DNA of 64,000 nucleotides from Gammaproteobacteria bacterium (GTDB lineage Bacteria; Pseudomonadota; Gammaproteobacteria; JAJFKO01): NCBI GenBank assembly GCA_021773175.1, contig JAJFKO010000059.1, positions 845 to 64,844 of the forward strand, read 5' to 3'. Shown piece by piece: positions 55,008 to 64,000 of this stretch (position 1 is its first letter; each line of letters starts with the position of its first letter). The notes under the pieces were generated by a model. It saw only the letters and a program-made list of their open reading frames with translations, ran no database searches and was not told where the DNA came from. The position numbers and the translations under genes were made by a program.

Positions 55008-56285
55008 CTATATCATCAATGTTTTGATGAGCTCGACATTAGAAACTAGTGCTTGAGGTTTATCTTCACGTAAATACTTAATTGCAACTTGTTCATTCTT
55101 CACTTCTTCATCGCCAAGAATAAATGCCATTCTTGCACCGCTCTTATCAGCTTTCTTAAATTGCGATTTAAAACTACCGCCACCACAGTGAACAGTCAGA
55201 GCAAAATCAGGTGATGTGGTACGAATCTGTTCTTGTAGTTTCATAGCAGCGAGTTCAGCTTCTTGGCCAACAACAATCATATACGCATCCGGAGTATTTC
55301 GAGGCACATGCAGTTCTTGTTGCTCCAGCAATAATAAAATACGCTCCATACCCATCGCAAAACCTACCGCAGGTGATGCCTTACCTGACAACATCTCAAC
55401 TAAGCCATCATAGCGTCCTCCAGCACAAACAGTATCTTGTGAACCAAGTTGTGCGGTACGCCACTCAAAAACCGTATGAGAGTAATAATCTAAACCACGT
55501 ACTAAATGTGGATTAATTTCATAATTAATCCCAGCGACATCCAACAATGCTTGTAAATGCTGAAAATGCTCTAATGTTTCTGCTCCTAAATGCTCAAGTA
55601 AACTCGGCGCTTGCGCTATCATTGTCTGCATCTTAGGGTTTTTACTATCTAAGACGCGCAATGGGTTAGTGGTTAGACGCTTTAAGCTATCTTCATCAAG
55701 CTGCTCGCGATGCGCCTCAAGATACTCGACTAAAATACCACGGTAATTTTGCCGCTCATCTAAGGTCCCTAAACTATTTAGATGCAAGGTCAGCTGCTCC
55801 ACTAATCCTAAACGGCGCCAAAAGTGCATTGTCATTAGAATTAATTCTGCATCGATATCAGGTCCCGGTAATCCAAATGCTTCAACCCCAAGTTGATAGA
55901 ATTGTCGATAACGCCCTTTTTGTGGTCGTTCATGACGAAACATTTGTCCCATGTACCAAAGTTTTTGCACTAAGGGCTGAGATTTGTGATGTAATAATTC
56001 ATGTTCTGCCGCAGCACGAACACAACAGGCGGTGCCTTCAGGGCGCAAAGTTAAACTATTTTTTTCATTATCCAAAAAGGTATACATTTCCTTACCAACG
56101 ATATCCGTCACTTCACCAATGGAACGTTTAAATAGTTCTGTTTTTTCAACAATTGGAAAACGTATTTCAGAATAACCGAAGTTATCTAACACAGCTCGTA
56201 ACTGCGTTTCAAGATAATGCCACATTGGCATTGCGTCAGGTAAAATATCATTCATGCCGCGAATGGCTTGAATTTTCATTGTCAC
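55008..56285 (-). CDS. hisS: histidyl-tRNA synthetase
   Basis: MTMKIQAIRGMNDILP N-terminus. Class II aaRS motifs. Confidence 0.9.
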   Translation of the reverse strand: MTMKIQAIRGMNDILPDAMPMWHYLETQLRAVLDNFGYSEIRFPIVEKTELFKRSIGEVTDIVGKEMYTFLDNEKNSLTLRPEGTACCVRAAAEHELLHHKSQPLVQKLWYMGQMFRHERPQKGRYRQFYQLGVEAFGLPGPDIDAELILMTMHFWRRLGLVEQLTLHLNSLGTLDERQNYRGILVEYLEAHREQLDEDSLKRLTTNPLRVLDSKNPKMQTMIAQAPSLLEHLGAETLEHFQHLQALLDVAGINYEINPHLVRGLDYYSHTVFEWRTAQLGSQDTVCAGGRYDGLVEMLSGKASPAVGFAMGMERILLLLEQQELHVPRNTPDAYMIVVGQEAELAAMKLQEQIRTTSPDFALTVHCGGGSFKSQFKKADKSGARMAFILGDEEVKNEQVAIKYLREDKPQALVSNVELIKTLMI

Positions 56286-56292
56286 ATCTCTC

Positions 56293-56874
56293 TTAAACTA
56301 TCTTAGGCAATTTCACAACAAAAGATACGTTTTTAGAATTACTATTTGTTGTTGTCGGTGCTTGTTGCGGTTGAGTCACAGGTATTACTTGTTGCGAACT
56401 ATTGATAGACGTCGTTTGATTACTACTGCTTTGGCTTTGCCACCAAATAATCATTAATACGATTAGGATAACCGCCAGCATCAAACCACCCCAACGAATA
56501 ACAAGTGCACTGCCTCGAGATTTCTCTGTATCCGCCAAGGGATAGTTTGCCCTACTCTCGCTTTTCTCTTTAAGATTTAAATGATTAAATTCAGCAATAA
56601 TATCGTCTGCAGATAAATTTAATAATTTTGCATAGCCACGTAGATAACCACGAACAAAAGCAAAAGAACCTAACGCTGCATAATTTTCATCTTCAAGACT
56701 GTATATAATATTTTTGGATAAACGCATCTTATCAGCAACGTCTTCAATACTCATATTTGCTCGCTCACGAGCACAACGTAAATGCTGCCCAGGGCCAACC
56801 ATATTTTTAGCTGGCATTGCTTGCCCCTGTAATCCTAAATCGACATAACTCTCGTTGTTTATTGTTTCTTCCAT
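56293..56874 (-). CDS. rodZ: cytoskeleton protein RodZ-like (HTH plus single TM; short periplasmic tail)
   Basis: XRE-type HTH (LRCARERANMSIEDVADKMRLS…FVRGYLRGYAKLL), one TM, then a short Q/S/T-rich tail. Start may be the internal MPAKNM (56817) to reduce overlap with pilW. No ispG between rodZ and hisS. Confidence 0.6.
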   Translation of the reverse strand: MEETINNESYVDLGLQGQAMPAKNMVGPGQHLRCARERANMSIEDVADKMRLSKNIIYSLEDENYAALGSFAFVRGYLRGYAKLLNLSADDIIAEFNHLNLKEKSESRANYPLADTEKSRGSALVIRWGGLMLAVILIVLMIIWWQSQSSSNQTTSINSSQQVIPVTQPQQAPTTTNSNSKNVSFVVKLPKIV

Positions 56875-57637
56875 CTGTCCACTCGTATTGTTTAAAACGT
56901 TGAAAGGCTCTGCTATGAGAAAAGTGCATTACGATCTGTAATGCAAAATGTGCGGCTCTTGCTGCGTCTCTCTTCGCCTCTGCCATACAAAAACCCAACC
57001 ATATACTTTGGGCATCATTATTGAATTGGTGAATATACCGTCCAAGATAGTATTGTGCAACGGTATATTGGTGCTGATGATAAGCTAATATCGTTAATTG
57101 CCATAAAGGCACGGCATTATGCGGGTTCATTTGATAAGCATGGCGCAAATAAACAGCTGCAGAACGCCAGTAATGGTATTTTTTAGCACACAGTCCGGCA
57201 TTCATATAAGTTAAAGCCAGTTCCGTGTTATTAGGTGAGTTTATGGCGACAGCAAATGCAGCCTTTGCTTTAGCATAACCGCCTATATGACATAAGAATA
57301 AGGCAAAATCATTCCATATATTCGCAGATTTAGGGCTAAGCTTAAGCGCTTGTCGATATTCACTGAGCGCTTGCTGATCCTCTGTAATGCTCTGGTAATA
57401 AAACGCCCACTCCGTGTCTAACAGCGCGTTCTGAGCATGTTCAACTTGGGCCGCTAATAATTGTCGCTTAACAGCACTAAATTGCTGTTGGTGTAAATAA
57501 ACCATCGCTAACTGTAAATGAATATTAGCCGCTTTAGCTAAACTCGAAGATTGCTGCATAGATTGAGTACTAGAACATCCAGACAATAATAAAAATAAAC
57601 AAGAAAATATAAAAATTCTAGCTCTATAGACAAGCAT
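56807..57637 (-). CDS. pilW: TPR-repeat lipoprotein, type IV pilus biogenesis/stability protein PilW(PilF)-like
   Basis: Lipobox FLLLSGCSS, then TPR-like repeats. Conserved position between rlmN and rodZ. Confidence 0.6.
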   Translation of the reverse strand: MLVYRARIFIFSCLFLLLSGCSSTQSMQQSSSLAKAANIHLQLAMVYLHQQQFSAVKRQLLAAQVEHAQNALLDTEWAFYYQSITEDQQALSEYRQALKLSPKSANIWNDFALFLCHIGGYAKAKAAFAVAINSPNNTELALTYMNAGLCAKKYHYWRSAAVYLRHAYQMNPHNAVPLWQLTILAYHQHQYTVAQYYLGRYIHQFNNDAQSIWLGFCMAEAKRDAARAAHFALQIVMHFSHSRAFQRFKQYEWTDGRNNKQRELCRFRITGASNAS

Positions 57638-57705
57638 GGAGACTCTCCAAACAAAAAGTTGTTTTTGGTATCCATGTTCCTAACTAATGTTTTATTACGT
57701 TTCCA

Positions 57706-58830
57706 TTATCCTGCAGCTTCTGACTCAACAAGCTGTTGTTTATTGATATTACGTTGCCGACGTGTCGTCCGATCTTGAAAATCGCCAGCAAGCTGACCAC
57801 AAGCAGCAGCAATGTCCTCTCCGCGTGTTTTGCGCGTTATGGTATGCACACCGGCGTGGATTAAGACATCACGAAAGCGATTAATCGCCTCAAGTGATGA
57901 TCGCTTATATTGCGACATTGGAAAAGGATTAAAAGGGATCAGATTCACTTTGGCAGGCACGCCTTGTAACAACCTCACCAATTCTTTAGCATGCTGAGGC
58001 TGATCATTAATGCCATCTAACATGACATATTCCATCGTAATGTGCCGGCGTTTATCGGTAAAATATTCACGACACATTTGCATTAAATCTTTTAACGGAT
58101 ATTTTTTATTAATGGGCACTAAAACATTGCGTAAAGCATCATTGGGAGCGTGTAATGAAACAGCTAAAGCCACATCACTCACTTCGCACAACCGCTGCAT
58201 AGCAGGAATGATCCCTGATGTGCTTAAGGTAACGCGGTATTTTGATAAATTATAAGCATTATCATTGAGCATTAAGTTAAGTGCTGGCACAACACTGTCA
58301 AAATTTAATAAGGGCTCACCCATCCCCATCATCACAACATTCGTAATTTTCTTTTCTACACACGTCACATCTTGCTCAAGACGGTGCTTCACCGCCCACA
58401 CTTGACCAATAATTTCAGCCGTCGTTAAGTCACGATTAAAACCGTGGGCGCCTGTCGCACAGAAACTACAATTTAAGGCACAACCTACTTGAGATGAAAC
58501 ACATAAAGTCCCCCGACCACGATCAGGAATAAAAACACATTCGATGCAATTACCATCGTCCATGCGCAATAGCCATTTATGCGTGCCATCATTAGAAGGA
58601 TGTTGCATAACCACGTCCGGGCCACGCACCTCGGCAATCTCTTCGAGTTTAACGCGTAATAGCTTACTCAGATTAGTCATTGCGGCAAAATCAGTTTCAC
58701 CTTCTTGATGAATCCATTTGATCATTTGCGTTGCGCGGAAGCGTTTTTCGCCAAGCTCGGCAAAAAATGCGACCAATCCATCATGATCATAATTTAAAAG
58801 ATTAACTTTTCCTGCCGCAAGTAAGCTCAT
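57706..58830 (-). CDS. rlmN: 23S rRNA/tRNA m2A methyltransferase (radical SAM)
   Basis: [11 protein letters not shown] radical-SAM cysteine triad. Full-length RlmN. Confidence 0.9.
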   Translation of the reverse strand: MSLLAAGKVNLLNYDHDGLVAFFAELGEKRFRATQMIKWIHQEGETDFAAMTNLSKLLRVKLEEIAEVRGPDVVMQHPSNDGTHKWLLRMDDGNCIECVFIPDRGRGTLCVSSQVGCALNCSFCATGAHGFNRDLTTAEIIGQVWAVKHRLEQDVTCVEKKITNVVMMGMGEPLLNFDSVVPALNLMLNDNAYNLSKYRVTLSTSGIIPAMQRLCEVSDVALAVSLHAPNDALRNVLVPINKKYPLKDLMQMCREYFTDKRRHITMEYVMLDGINDQPQHAKELVRLLQGVPAKVNLIPFNPFPMSQYKRSSLEAINRFRDVLIHAGVHTITRKTRGEDIAAACGQLAGDFQDRTTRRQRNINKQQLVESEAAG

Positions 58831-58854
58831 ATTTTTATCTACTGTGTTTTAAAT

Positions 58855-59283
58855 TTAATCGCGGACATGAATGTCTTCAGCTTTAAAGAAAAATGCCACT
58901 TCACGTTGAGCACTTGCTTCAGCATCAGAACCATGTACAGCATTGGCATCAATAGAATCTGCAAAATCTGCACGGATAGTACCTGGAGCAGCTTCTTTAG
59001 GATTTGTCGCACCCATGATGTCACGATTTTTAGCAATAGCATTATCACCGTAAAGCGCTTGAACAAGAACCGGACCTGATGTCATGAATTCAACTAAATC
59101 TTTGAAAAATGGACGTTCTTTATGTTCGCCGTAAAAATCTTCTGCTTGTGCTTGGCTTAAATGTAGCATTCTTGCGCCAGCAACCTGTAAGCCCGCTTTT
59201 TCAAAGCGCGCATTGATTTCGCCGATAACATTTTTGCGGACAGCATCGGGTTTAATAATTGATAGTGTTGTTTGCATGGTCAT
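58855..59283 (-). CDS. ndk: nucleoside diphosphate kinase
   Basis: [10 protein letters not shown]…NIIHGSD-type Ndk motifs (…AVHGSDA…). Confidence 0.9.
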   Translation of the reverse strand: MTMQTTLSIIKPDAVRKNVIGEINARFEKAGLQVAGARMLHLSQAQAEDFYGEHKERPFFKDLVEFMTSGPVLVQALYGDNAIAKNRDIMGATNPKEAAPGTIRADFADSIDANAVHGSDAEASAQREVAFFFKAEDIHVRD

Positions 59284-59305
59284 TAATCTCTTCTTCTATA
59301 AGGTT

Positions 59306-59359
59306 AGGGCTTACACAAAACCATTTATACTTCGTTAAAAAAGGCTTATCATAAGTCCT
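59306..59359. repeat. short (about 54-bp) MITE-like copy in the ndk / cysZ divergent intergenic region
   Basis: AGGGCTTACACAAAACC … CTTATCATAAGTCCT; termini match the family consensus. Confidence 0.35.
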
Positions 59360-59423
59360 ATTAAGTTAAAATAGTCGGCAAATTATACAGAATATTTCTG
59401 CATTTAGCTACGAGAAAAACAAT

Positions 59424-60188
59424 ATGACAACAAAACAAAATGGTTTTTACTATATTTTAGAAGGGTTTAGGCTTATCAATCGCGCCAAATTGCGGCGTTT
59501 TGTCATTATTCCTCTGCTCTGTAATATTATTTTATTTATCGGCTTATTCGCTTTAAGCATCCATTATATGCATGATGCGGTCTCTTGGTTTGATGCCTTA
59601 TTACCAAGCTGGCTGGATTGGCTTAATTGGCTACTATGGCCACTTTTCATCGTCGCATTCTTTTTAATTATGTATTACACCTTTACCATTTTAGCTAATC
59701 TGATTGCATCTCCATTTAACGCCTTATTATCAGAACGCACCCAGAAATACCTTAATAATACGGTACCGCCAGAAACGTCGATGCTGCAATTAATCATTAA
59801 AGAAACGCCGCGCAGTCTAATGCGCCAGCTAACTATTCTTGCTTATTATGTTCCGCGCGCGCTTGTTTTATTAATTTTATTCCTGATTCCAGTCATTAAT
59901 GCCATTGCCCCCATTTTATGGTTTATCTTCAATGCTTGGTTCATGGCGGTGCAGTATGTTGATTATCCCATGGATAATAACAAAGTTTCATTTAAACAAT
60001 TACGCCGCGATTTACGCCGCAGACCGTTTATAAATTTAGGCTTTGGTGCATGCGTTAGTATTTTAAACCTTATTCCGATTATCAATCTTGCCATCATGCC
60101 TGCCGCAGTTATTGGCGCAACAGTTTTATGGGTAGGTGAATATCAAGAGTCTGAAGCCACTACGGATCAAAAAAATACTCTTAATTAA
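59424..60188 (+). CDS. cysZ: sulfate transporter CysZ family membrane protein
   Basis: GFYYILEGFRLINRAKLRRFVIIPLLCNIILFIG… aligns with the CysZ N-terminus (GFYYF.QGW.L…RRFVILPLL.N). Confidence 0.8.
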   Translation: MTTKQNGFYYILEGFRLINRAKLRRFVIIPLLCNIILFIGLFALSIHYMHDAVSWFDALLPSWLDWLNWLLWPLFIVAFFLIMYYTFTILANLIASPFNALLSERTQKYLNNTVPPETSMLQLIIKETPRSLMRQLTILAYYVPRALVLLILFLIPVINAIAPILWFIFNAWFMAVQYVDYPMDNNKVSFKQLRRDLRRRPFINLGFGACVSILNLIPIINLAIMPAAVIGATVLWVGEYQESEATTDQKNTLN

Positions 60189-60295
60189 TATTTCGAATAG
60201 ATTATCAAGCCTGAATGCAAGTCATAAGCGCATAACACTATAATAGTACCGGCAACGATAAAATCCTAAAAATGAACCACGAAAAATATAAGAAG

Positions 60296-63200
60296 CTATT
60301 TCTCTAATTTACTATTTATGAGTTCAGCAATTATTTTTACTGAATTTGACTTTAACATACCAAAGTGATCCGATAAAATATTATGTATTTCAAGATCACT
60401 GACATACGACAACCAACCATTTGATTTATCTTTATAAAGATTCTCCCAGTATTTTTTATAAAACGCCGGTAATTTCTCGCCCGTAACTTTCTTTATTTTA
60501 TTCGCTTTAAATAATATTACTTTACCGTTATAAGGTTTAGCTTTATATAAATGTGCGGCATTAAACTCTATATTACTCACTTCCTTAACTCTATTTTGAT
60601 AAGGTTTGGGGAAATTTTTCAAATAATCTTTGTCAATTACCAGAGATTGGAGGGCTCGAGTATTTAGCTTCTGTTCTATTTCCTGATTAGTATTATGGAT
60701 AAAACTGTCAATTAAGAATAAACACTCTACAGAATCTCCATTTGACACCAGCTTTTGAGCCATTTCATAAGCAATCACGCCACCTAATGACCATCCACCT
60801 AGGAAATACGGACCTTTTGATTGAACTTGCTTTAATTCTTTAATATATTTTTCAGCTAATAACTCTATTGATTTAATTATGGGTCCCTCATCATATAAGT
60901 TTGTAGGTTCGACACCATATACAGATGTGTTTTTATGCAAACATGATGTTAATTGCATATAAACTTCAGCTCCCGCATGACCGGGATGCACGAGAATTAA
61001 TGGTTTCGCCGCAGCCCCCTGATTTAGTAACATTAAAGGTTCATATTTAAATGAAACATCTTTATTACTTATGGCCTTAACTTGTTCCTCAATAGTGTTA
61101 TTTTTAAATAACCAAGCAGCAGAAACGGTTACACCTAAAATGTCTTTAATCATATAAGCTAATCTAATTACCAATAATGAATTACCACCACAAGCGAAGA
61201 ACTCTTCATCGAAGTTGATTTTCTCTTGATCTAATAAATGGCACCAAATTCTATAAAGCTTGTATTCAATCGGCGAGTTTAATCGCGAAAAGTCAGGTGT
61301 TTTATATGAAACATGATGGTCTACTTTCAGCAAAGCTTTTTTATCAATTTTACCATTAGCCGTTAATGGCAATTGATCAAGCCTAATTATTACCGATGGA
61401 ATCATATAACCAGGTAAGAATTCCCGTAGCCATGTTTTTAATTTAGCATTGTCAAAACGTTCACAACTTATTTCTGATTTGAGAGTAATATAACCTATTA
61501 ATTGTGGCGTAGATTTTTCTTTAGATAACAAGACTACAGCTTGTGATATTCGTTCATACTGTTGTAATAGCCCTTCTATCTCCCCTAATTCAACACGGAA
61601 ACCTCGAATCTTCACTTGAAGATCTGCTCTGCCAATATATTCAATATTCCCATCTGCCAACCAGCGGACTAAATCACCTGTTTTATATAAGCGTAAATTA
61701 CGTCCTGTTTTGCGTTCTTCTTCTGTTAAGAAAGGATTTTCGATAAATCGTTCTTGAGTTAATTCTTCTCGATTTAAGTAGCCTCGAACAACACCATCAC
61801 CACCAACATATAATTCACCAATAACGCCTACAGGAACAAGCTGTAATTGTTGTCCTAGAATATAACAACTTGAGTTTGCAACTGGCTGTCCTATTGGGAT
61901 ATTAGTTGCGTGGGTATCTAATGTTTGTAAATCATATATCGTACTAATAGTGGTATTTTCTGCTGGACCATAACAGTTTATTAAATGAACATCCTTTTGT
62001 TTATTAACGGTTAACACTCTTCTCATTGCTTCTAAATTTGCTATTTCTCCACCTGTAAGCAAATACCGAAGCCCTGAAAACATCTTGGGATTAATATCTG
62101 CGCATTCAACAAACAATCCGCTGGTCATCAGGATTATTGTTATTGCTTGTTGCTTTAGCTGATTTGCAAACTTTATTGTATCAAGTAATACATCTTGTGA
62201 AATAATAGAAATTTGAGCACCATTTAATAGTGCGCCCCAAATTTCATAGATTGCAGCATCAAACGCGATGTTAGATATGTTTGCAACAACATCATCGGGA
62301 TGAATTTTTGCAAAGTTGGTATTTTTAACTAAACGTACAACATTCCGTTGAGTTACCATCACTCCTTTTGGTTGCCCTGTTGAGCCCGAGGTATAAACAA
62401 CATAAGCTAATGCTTCAGCACTCGAGATATCTGCAATTGCTTCTTCTGAATATTGTATATGGTTCTCATCAAAAACAATCACTTGTCTGTCCGTCTCTCT
62501 TAATAAGCGCACTTTTTGATAGATAGTTTTTTTTGTAATAACAACATCTGCTGCCACATCGTCAAGCATATAATTTAAGCGTATTTCAGGATAGCTTGGA
62601 TCTAATGGTACATACGCAGCTCCAGACTTCAATATCCCCAAAACAATAATAATTAAGTCAATACTTCTTTCCATGCATAGAGCAATAAGCGTATCAGCAA
62701 CAATGGGTTCACCCACTTTGTTTTGATACAGGTCATGTAGATAATATGCCATTTGATTTGACTGCTTATCTAATTCTGCATAGGTTATCTGTTTGTCTAT
62801 GTACGTTATGGCTATCGCATCAGGGGTTTTATTTGCTTGCTCTGTAAATAATTGTGGGATCGTCTTATCGCGAGGATAATCACACGTCGCTTTATTCCTG
62901 TTATATAATAACTGTTGCTGCTCTATAGCTGTTGTAATGGCAAAGTTATTCAACGTTGCAGTCTCATGTGCTAACAACCACGATAAAGTATGCTCTATAT
63001 GCCTAATAAGTTGTGAAACCTGCTCATCGCTAAAACGTGCCACATCATAGTGAATCAATAAGCTCAAAGACTCTTTTCGTTCCCATATAAAATTCAGTGG
63101 ATAGTGTGTCTTTTCTGTGGATGAAAGTTTTACTTTTGTGGATATTAATGTATTTGTCGGATAATTTTCAAAAACTGATATGCAAAAAAATAATGGCAAT

Positions 63201-64000
63201 TCATTCGACCAGTTTATGGCACCCTGAATTTTATCTAAACTCAGATAACTATATTGATTGATTTGTTGTATACGTGACTGCAAGCCAAATAAACTCGATA
63301 AAACTGTCTCATTGGGCTCAATGTCAACACGTAATGGTACGGTGTTAATAAATAACCCCACCATGTCTTTAATACCAACAACCTCACTCGACCGACCTGA
63401 TACCGTTAACCCAAAAGCAACTTGACCGCTACCCGTGTAACAAGACAAAACTAATCCCCAACAAAATTGCAAGACAGTATTCATTGTTAAGTGATGGCGT
63501 TTTATGAATGCATCACAATTTTCTAATAGTTGAGAAGAAAATATGTATTCTTGCCTCTGTTGTTCATGTATTTCTTCATGCACATCAACATGCATATCCA
63601 TAAACGGTAAGCAGGTTGGTTCTTCTAGCTCAGCAAATTGTTCTCTCCAAAAAGCCTCGGCAGCCAACATATCTTGCTGATATAGCCACGCAATATAGCG
63701 ACCATAATCAGCGATATCAGGTAATTGTAATACCCTATCCTCTGCATAATGTTGGTAGTACATCTGTAAATCATTCAACAGAAGAGGCAAGCTCCAACCA
63801 TCTATTAAAATATGATGATGACTCCAAACACACGTATAACTATCTGCTAGACGAATTAAGTGCAGTCGCATCACACACGGCTCAGCAAGACTAAAACCTT
63901 GCTCTCTATCTGCGGCATAAAACGCGGTTAGTTTAGCATCAGCTTGTGCCCGAGACATCGATGTCCAATCTTCTTCTTGCCATGGCAATGCAACCGCGTC
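60296..64000 (-). CDS. second NRPS, 3' portion (N-terminus lies beyond the window end): …C(DCL-like)-A-T-TE with intact active sites
   Basis: The reading frame continues past 63988 to the window edge (…DAVALPWQEED…). C HHHILIDGWS (aa 57-65 of the in-window part). A core YTSGSTGQPKG, A10 NGKIDKK. T FFACGGNSLLVI. TE GWSLGG. Approx nt: C 62954-64000, A 61334-62866, T 61064-61276, TE 60299-61021. Confidence 0.95.
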   Translation of the reverse strand, partial: DAVALPWQEEDWTSMSRAQADAKLTAFYAADREQGFSLAEPCVMRLHLIRLADSYTCVWSHHHILIDGWSLPLLLNDLQMYYQHYAEDRVLQLPDIADYGRYIAWLYQQDMLAAEAFWREQFAELEEPTCLPFMDMHVDVHEEIHEQQRQEYIFSSQLLENCDAFIKRHHLTMNTVLQFCWGLVLSCYTGSGQVAFGLTVSGRSSEVVGIKDMVGLFINTVPLRVDIEPNETVLSSLFGLQSRIQQINQYSYLSLDKIQGAINWSNELPLFFCISVFENYPTNTLISTKVKLSSTEKTHYPLNFIWERKESLSLLIHYDVARFSDEQVSQLIRHIEHTLSWLLAHETATLNNFAITTAIEQQQLLYNRNKATCDYPRDKTIPQLFTEQANKTPDAIAITYIDKQITYAELDKQSNQMAYYLHDLYQNKVGEPIVADTLIALCMERSIDLIIIVLGILKSGAAYVPLDPSYPEIRLNYMLDDVAADVVITKKTIYQKVRLLRETDRQVIVFDENHIQYSEEAIADISSAEALAYVVYTSGSTGQPKGVMVTQRNVVRLVKNTNFAKIHPDDVVANISNIAFDAAIYEIWGALLNGAQISIISQDVLLDTIKFANQLKQQAITIILMTSGLFVECADINPKMFSGLRYLLTGGEIANLEAMRRVLTVNKQKDVHLINCYGPAENTTISTIYDLQTLDTHATNIPIGQPVANSSCYILGQQLQLVPVGVIGELYVGGDGVVRGYLNREELTQERFIENPFLTEEERKTGRNLRLYKTGDLVRWLADGNIEYIGRADLQVKIRGFRVELGEIEGLLQQYERISQAVVLLSKEKSTPQLIGYITLKSEISCERFDNAKLKTWLREFLPGYMIPSVIIRLDQLPLTANGKIDKKALLKVDHHVSYKTPDFSRLNSPIEYKLYRIWCHLLDQEKINFDEEFFACGGNSLLVIRLAYMIKDILGVTVSAAWLFKNNTIEEQVKAISNKDVSFKYEPLMLLNQGAAAKPLILVHPGHAGAEVYMQLTSCLHKNTSVYGVEPTNLYDEGPIIKSIELLAEKYIKELKQVQSKGPYFLGGWSLGGVIAYEMAQKLVSNGDSVECLFLIDSFIHNTNQEIEQKLNTRALQSLVIDKDYLKNFPKPYQNRVKEVSNIEFNAAHLYKAKPYNGKVILFKANKIKKVTGEKLPAFYKKYWENLYKDKSNGWLSYVSDLEIHNILSDHFGMLKSNSVKIIAELINSKLEK

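Noticed and set aside
1-64000. CRISPR arrays, rRNA genes, restriction-modification, toxin-antitoxin or other defence systems
   Set aside because: Scanned for regularly spaced direct repeats and signature proteins. None found. The only short repeats are the dispersed MITE-like elements.

Overview
The window is AT-rich, gamma-proteobacterial chromosomal DNA. Its gene order resembles Legionellales-type genomes (inference). It is built from conserved housekeeping blocks, almost all on the minus strand, interrupted by accessory insertions.

Housekeeping block 1 (1–16.8 kb): tmk, mltG, fabF, acpP, fabG, fabD, plsX, rpmF, then divergent maf, an SK-LuxR regulator and lpxK–msbA.
- fabH, pabC and yceD are absent.
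- Three paralogous GT-C/DUF2029-like polytopic membrane proteins are woven into the fabF–mltG–tmk operon with overlapping or near-abutting stop/start codons.

Accessory islet (16.8–21.3 kb): a gene fragment, an IS3-family orfA remnant, a GC-rich patch encoding a Cys-rich secreted protein, a 218-aa orphan protein and an internally deleted IS30 transposase.

Middle block (21.3–34.3 kb): comEC, a lipoprotein, a FadL/OmpP1 porin, an ACT-domain malic enzyme, tRNA-Arg(CCT), a secreted chorismate-mutase-like protein, an orphan double-NBD ABC ATPase, an aldo-keto reductase, and der–bamB–yfgM.

Main finding (34.5–55 kb): about 21 kb is inserted between yfgM and hisS.
- It contains one 15.3-kb ORF encoding a 5098-aa, four-module NRPS (A-T-E | C-A-T | C-A-T | C-A-T | C-T*-TE*).
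- The terminal T and TE domains have lost their active-site serines.
- Three tandem Wzx/PST-type MOP transporter paralogs sit next to it on the plus strand.

The right-hand block (55–60.2 kb) is hisS, rodZ, pilW, rlmN, ndk and cysZ. A second NRPS gene (partial, ...C-A-T-TE with intact serines) follows on the far side of it.

A short MITE-like repeat family (termini AGGACTTAC...GTAAGTCCT) is scattered through intergenic regions. Two full 125-bp copies bracket the tRNA-Arg / chorismate-mutase / ABC-ATPase segment.

No CRISPR array, rRNA or recognisable defence system was seen.
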